Assembly: GCA_000708835.1 (NCBI GenBank)
Contig: DF236956.1
Span: forward strand, 186,001-250,000
Source: Klebsormidium nitens
Taxonomy: Eukaryota > Plantae > Klebsormidiophyceae
Reading direction: 5' to 3'
DNA length: 64,000 nt
The number at the start of each line of letters is the position of its first letter. Position 1 is the first letter of the stretch. This document shows positions 58,345 through 64,000 of this stretch, in pieces. Position numbers and translations under genes: made by a program. The notes below the pieces were generated by a model that was given only the letters and a program-made list of their open reading frames with translations, was not told the DNA's origin and did not search any database.

Positions 58345-59735
58345 TGTCAGAGATGCCTGAAATAGAGAGCCGAACCTGAGTGATGCAGGTCTTAAGAGGA
58401 GTACTTCAGCAGTATGGCCTCCAAATAGCACAAACGGACGCGGAAGCTTGGATACCGAACTGTGCTAGGGACTGAATTTCAAACGCTTAGAGTAACGGTG
58501 AGACGGGCAGGTGTCTTCCGACAGCAATTCTGGAAGCATCAGTACAACTATTTTCTGTAATTTAGGGTACGCTTTCTTCCTTTCAATCTTGGCCAACCCA
58601 TTTCTTCATTTTGTAACGGAGGGAACAGATCAGGGAGACAGTCCCTCTCACGAACATTGCATCAGCTACGCCGTGATGAATCGACACGTACGTGCAGTTC
58701 TAGTAGCATGCCATGATACTGCGCGTAGTTGTGGTTTTTAGCTCGAAGATAGGAATCCTATCAATAGCTTCCGGCGTCGAACCCGAAACAGTTTACCGTC
58801 TTCGTCATGTTTCGAGTGCAGGGCACTGCACTGCACAACTTGGGCGAATCGAGCCTTCATGCAATTTGAAGTTGGAACAAACTCACTCTTTATGCAAGAG
58901 GTTGCATTCGCTTTGCTGCTCGAACACGAGCCTGTCCGATCAGTGAGTCGATCACAACGGTTGCTCATGGGCGGACGGCGTTGCGTATTAATACATCCAA
59001 GATCTTAGTAAACCGGTTCGACGGTTAGCATCCGTGAGAAACATCATTTCAATAAGCCCCTTGCGAGGATGCAATGTCCCAGGAGGACGCTCGATCTGCC
59101 ACTCCTCCTGTCGTGCAAGGGATACCATCTCAAGATTGCAAGCTTTGAATTAGTGCTGCTTTTGACTTATAAGTTGGACGGTGGCAGCTTAATGCGGATT
59201 TCATATCCTTAGTACAATGAAGTGCAGGGAAGTTGGTATCCAACGAACTAGGTAATGTGTCACGAAGAGCTGAGCGCCCCCTCCAATAGAGGGCCGTCTC
59301 CAATATATCCCTCAGCACCTTTAAGAACAGGTATTATACAATATAAACTACACCTACCGAACTTAGGGCAACCTCCACGTGCTCCAATTCAGCACTCCAC
59401 TCAGTTACAATATGTATTCTGGAGGACTTCCTTGGCATCAAGTTCACTGCCTGTACTTCACTTCGCTCGCTAGCGTTCCGATTTCAGCTTTCTGAGGATT
59501 ACCGTGCAAAACCACTGAACGAGAAACAATTTCTACTGGATCTTTATACGAGCTCGCACGTCAACTACAATCAAACTACCAACACAACACGTCTTCGGAG
59601 TATACAAGTTTCAGTACGTAGGTAATCAATCTTTTGACCGCGCACGGTTTCTTATGGGTTTTAATTCGAGCCCTTACAATTTCGACCCACGCTACTTTGA
59701 ACAGCTCCCATAAGCATTTTAAAGCCGTCCTTCCA

Positions 59736-62700
59736 TCACAAGCTTGCTGGGACAGACGCGAGGTAACTCTTCCGGGCCTTGAACTTCTCCCAGTACTCCT
59801 GCAGAAACGTGTCCAGTCAGGCAGAGCCAGCAAAACTGTTCTAGTCTAGTTGCTCTAAGTATCTATTAGACATGGCCGGCTGAGGAACTCGCGTGTTTTT
59901 AGAGCTTCGTCAAGGACAAGAAAAGCGAATAGAACGCATCCCTTATCCAGATGCGACGTACCCCGGCCGAAAATCCATGTCGCACTGAAGACGATTTTTC
60001 CGTCCCCCAGATAACGAGCTGGATGTAAATGTGTGAGGGATGTAAATGGGAGGCAACCTGACCCGTGTTTTCGACTTATCTTCGGTGGGTTTGAGTCTGA
60101 CCACTACCAAAGAGAGCGGCCTCTGGGCAGACTTCTAGAACGAAGGTGGAACGGTAGCCAACCTAGGTAGCTGTCCCACCTGGACGGCAAGCAAAGTCCG
60201 GGATAATTCCCGAGTGGAGAGCCGTCTCCTAGCCAGTTGCCCAGAAAGGAAACACATTATATCAAGATGACCTTCCAGCAGCTTCTTCACATGAGCTGTT
60301 GAAGGGTTCAGATTCCCGCAAGAGCGCCCTCTCCGAGCAGATTCCGGAGGTGGCACAAGTTGGACTGGAACCAATGACATGGCTGCCTTACACAAACTCC
60401 CGGCGACTTCAACTCGTGGCGACTTCAATGCTTGTTTCCACGCGATATGATCGTCAGAATGGAAGAGGAAGCAGACTGAAAGACGGAACTCGCTGCCGTA
60501 CCTGTACTTTGGGCGCGTCCGCGAGTAGTTCCGGCCCAAGCTGCGCCATCTCGACCCGATTGAGGAGCGTAGCGAACTGCGCAACGCACAACTATGTGAA
60601 TAAACAGATTCCCCAAACCGCCGCGGTACTCGAAGAGCCGCCGAAATCGTAATGCAGAGCTTTGGGAAGCGAAAGAACAGTGTGAATGAGCGCGGGCGAA
60701 AGGCGTGGGGCACTGATTGAGAACGCCAAGGTCAGCGTACATCCCTGCTCAACACGCTACAGGAAGTACGGCTGAGCCCATACTTGCCCATCGTGGTAGC
60801 TGAGAAAAGACACGGCGCGAAAGAGTAGGGAATACCTGTGAGCGGCACAAGCGTCCATTTTGCAAGAGTTCTACGCAAAAACGGCATGAAAAGCCTATGA
60901 GAACTCCAACTACCTGCCCGGAATGACTCTGCAGACAAGGGCTTTGAAACTGCAAAATCTGCACTTTCGATCTTCAAGGATTCATGTTCCGATCCCCATA
61001 ACGGAAAAGGCTACCCAATCAGAAACCCTGGTGAAGTTGCAAACGCGGGTCAACAATTCCACGTCACCACATGGTTTCCTTACCATTGCATCTGCAGCTG
61101 AGACAGCTTCCCCAGCTACGAATTCGGTGGAGGCGAGCTGCTTCTCCGCAGTCTGCACCAGCCGACGTACCTGTAAAGAAACCACAAAAAAGACGACTTA
61201 TTTTGAAATATTCTTGGTAGGATTGTGAAGTGAAGAGAAGGGACAAGCTGCATCGTATCATTGATTATTCCGAGCTTGAGCAGATCTCACCCCGCTCTAC
61301 ATCATGGCACCCCGATAAGAGGCCGTGGGAAGGTACGCGGATCTGGAAATTCTGGAAGGTGCATGTCGCGCGCTTCGACGCGCCCAAACGACAATGATCA
61401 GCCAGACCTTTCACGGCACAACCATTGACCCGCATAAACCTGGTGCATATGATCATTGCAAGAGGACCGGAGAGTTCGATTCAAAGGGGGCCAGCGAAGT
61501 AATAAGGGCGGCACCACTTTCGGGGGGGCGTGGAATGAAAGGAGAGGCGCTAATCCCACTGATCCGGATGAAAGAAGAAGTATTGTGTGCACAGAGGGAG
61601 AACAAACAGAGAAATAAGAGGCGCCCCCTCGATAAGTCTTTCTTTCCATAATCTTTCAGGTTTTCTTTCATAAAAGGAGGGAAAAATGCGACTCCCACCT
61701 CGTCTTTGATTGAATTCTTCGCGTCCTCGTCCTTCAATTTCTCGATCTCCTGTGCAGTCCAGTTCGCCTTCTCGGTGTAGAATTGGGCCAGCTCGGCCAC
61801 GAACTTTGCGTGTTGCTCTGCAGATGAGGGTGCCACGTGGCGCAATCAGAGCCGCAGATTGAGCAAAACAGCCGTAAGGAGCGACAGGTTGCTCCTGCCG
61901 TTTAGCAAGTAGGGGCCAGGGCAGACAAGATGAATCAGAGCGAAGAATGGACAATACAGGGGATCCACTGTGAGTTCTATAGACGGGCTGCTCACAAGCA
62001 AAATCTCTTTGTCTTCCCAACTTTGCAAGAATGATCAACTTACCACCATGTACTCTAGCTGCGCAAAAAGATGGCAGTGAGAGAGCCATATGGTGGACAA
62101 CGGAGGGACTTGAAGCAGAAGCGAATCCAAAAGATGCAAGGCAATCTGAGTCTCTCAATACTTCGATACCCCTGAATCAATTGTGGACCCTTGTGCTAAT
62201 TCTGGCTCCACATAGTTCGTCAAAAGCACTTGGGTTCTGTCAAGCTCAAATCTTTGCCATTTTCTTTCAACCGTCACTCTGCTTGAATCTCACCCACAAA
62301 GGCCTTCTTGAAGATCAGCTGGTCGTGCAGGATGGGCCCTAGCGGAGGGGGACAAAGCGCCCATATAAAGTAGTTCCCGTCAAACTTATCCATAGCGTCC
62401 AGCCAAAAGTCGACCTTTGTTCTGTCAACCGACGAGCCACCGAGGGGTGCGTTATCGTGGTTGTCTGCCCACCTGGAGACGGGTTAGCAAAACCCTGTTT
62501 TTGGACCCAAACCTGCATTTGCAGTCCGGAGTAAGCCCGACCCTAAATTGAACCAATTGGGCTGACTTGGTAAGGGTACTGGATGGGTGTCTGCCAATTC
62601 TTTTTTTTGGACAGCTAATAAATGAAGTAAGCTTAAGTCAAAGAGCTTAGTAAGAGCTGCAAAGATCGGAGGGGCTTGGTATGCATTTGTCCAACCTACT

Positions 62701-63573
62701 TCACAACGAATCCAGGGACTACCAAATGCATAGTCGAAGGTGTATCTCCTGTGTGAGGAACATGGTCTTTGCCCAAACCTGACAATATGATCATAGATGC
62801 AATCCCAAATTCAGAACTCTTCATAGCTTCGGTACAAGGTCAGTTCCACTTTCGCAAACGATAATGTAAATCCCTCTTTTCTCTGCTCTTCCAGACAGAA
62901 TTCCACAGTCACCCATTCTGCTCCTGTCAACCGCCAAGACATTGTTAGAGAGCATGGTGCTAGGCTCACTTCATAATCTCCAGAGACTCCGTAAGGATAG
63001 TCCCATTGGGGAGGGCAAGAGCAGGTACAGTGCCCTTAGGGTTCACTTTCTGCACGTAACTGCGCTGCAGGTTTTCACACAGGAAGGTGTGAACGAGCTC
63101 CAAGTCGTACTCGATACCCTTCTCCTCCATCAGAACTCGTGCCTGTAAGAAGAAAGCAACAAGTATTGGTTGAGCACGTTGCGACAAGCAACTCTGCGAT
63201 GCAGATCCAAGAGTTTCTTGATCAACGTTGTTGCGCTGACAGAGATCTGAAGCAGAAGAAAAGAAAAGGGCAAAATTGCAGATTCCAGAGCTTGTCTAGC
63301 CATCACGAGGCGTGCGGCCCGCCTATCACAAGCCTTGAGGTAAAAGCCCAATGCCTGCAGAAAGAGAATATTATGTCGTTTTCTGGCGCTTTGTGGTACA
63401 GTATGATCATCCCATAAGCTGCAAAACAGAACAATGTGAGACATCTGGATTTGAGAGCAGATCATTTCCTGGAATTAAATAAAAGTGGGTTCTGGCCTTC
63501 TCACCTTCATTGTGGCATATGATGGAGGAAAGAAGTACAGGAGGGGCTTGGTTAGCGCCATGGAAGCAGCCAT
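59736..63573 (-). CDS. glutathione S-transferase, TCHQD-like class (254 aa)
   Basis: Exons 63573-63505, 63142-62970, 62472-62294, 61817-61699, 61170-61084, 60576-60502, 59798-59736 (765 nt, GT-AG, phases consistent). N domain LLYFFPPSYATMKARVLMEEKGIEY...VNPKGTVPALALPNGTILTESLEIMKW. C domain VDFWLDAMDKFDG...EKLKDED...AEKQLASTEFVAGEAVSAADAMFATLLNRV...EYWEKFKARKSY. The long helical insert fits TCHQD/GDAP1-like GSTs. Confidence 0.88.
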
Positions 63574-64000
63574 GGACAATTGAAGCGGCACTGCGCACCG
63601 CTGGTGAGCTCGCTTTAATTTGCTGAATGCTGAAGGTCGTTCTTGTGACTACAAATGACAAGTTGGCCCACTTGATACCAAGCAAGAAGCTCAGAAGCAC
63701 CCTGGTGTGCAGATTGAGGCATAAGCTACTTAGCTACAAGTTGCCCGATGTATGCGGGAAATTATGACAATGTCAGGTATGGATTGCATCTTGCAGTCTT
63801 CACCATTGCAGGACCAGCTTCACCAGCTGCTCTCAGCTTGAAAAGAATGCGAGGCAAATCCTGAGCCCGTTGACTTTTGAGATGTTGCCGCTTTCGATCA
63901 TGCAGCTTCGAACAATATTTACCAGCTAAATAAACAGCTCAGTTGCAAGCTTGCAGCTGCTTGAGATTGAATTTACGTTCCGGGTACAGGGATCCCTTAG

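Larger units (their letters stand above)
54600..59990. repeat. tandem segmental duplication, units ~54600-57220 and ~57245-59990
   Basis: Collinear matching blocks include CTTCCGAGAACA (54618/57262), ATAAGGACGCCAGC (54795/57399), the ORFs, ATCGACACGTACGTGCAG (about 56064/58680), CATGGGCGGACGGCGTTGCGT (about 56326/58966) and GACATGGCCGGCTG (57107/59870). Boundaries are approximate. Confidence 0.85.

Noticed and set aside
60135-60977. Candidate GST exons within ORFs 60135-60713 and 60732-60977
   Set aside because: Only 60576-60502 and 59798-59736 give the expected GST C-terminal motifs in phase; the remainder is intronic.
1-64000. Reading the ORF track as a prokaryotic operon map
   Set aside because: All recognisable proteins are split by GT/GC-AG introns with consistent phases. 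Most listed ORFs are exon fragments with intronic run-ons or antisense shadows of GC-rich exons.

Overview
Eukaryotic, intron-rich nuclear DNA. Most of the ORF track is exon fragments or antisense shadows. The plant-type genes (UPL5-like E3, TCHQD-like GST, intron-containing tRNA-Met) together with a flagellar doublet gene (EFHC1/RIB72) suggest a flagellated streptophyte alga or early-diverging plant, Klebsormidium-like (inference). I assembled all gene models by hand from GT/GC-AG sites and checked exon phases. In order: UPL5-like Ubl-HECT E3 (minus, runs off the left edge); RING/TRAF-type zinc-finger E3 (plus, head-to-head with it); three 9-exon paralogues of a bacterial-type erythromycin-esterase-family hydrolase (one plus, two minus); two MITE-like inverted-repeat elements; EFHC1/RIB72 (11 exons); tRNA-Met(CAT) with a 33-nt intron; PYROXD2-like FAD oxidoreductase (10 exons); three intact single-exon ORFs of an unrecognised ~160-aa family; TCHQD-like GST (7 exons). 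The most notable items are: (1) repeated short tandem duplications of 'branch point + 3' splice site + exon start', which leave decoy exons in PYROXD2 and EFHC1, plus stuttered copies of the PYROXD2 C-terminal coding end; (2) the intronised, triplicated esterase cluster; (3) the unknown gene triplet, whose duplication unit carries an orphan copy of the GST last exon. No database searches were run; family calls come from motif recognition.
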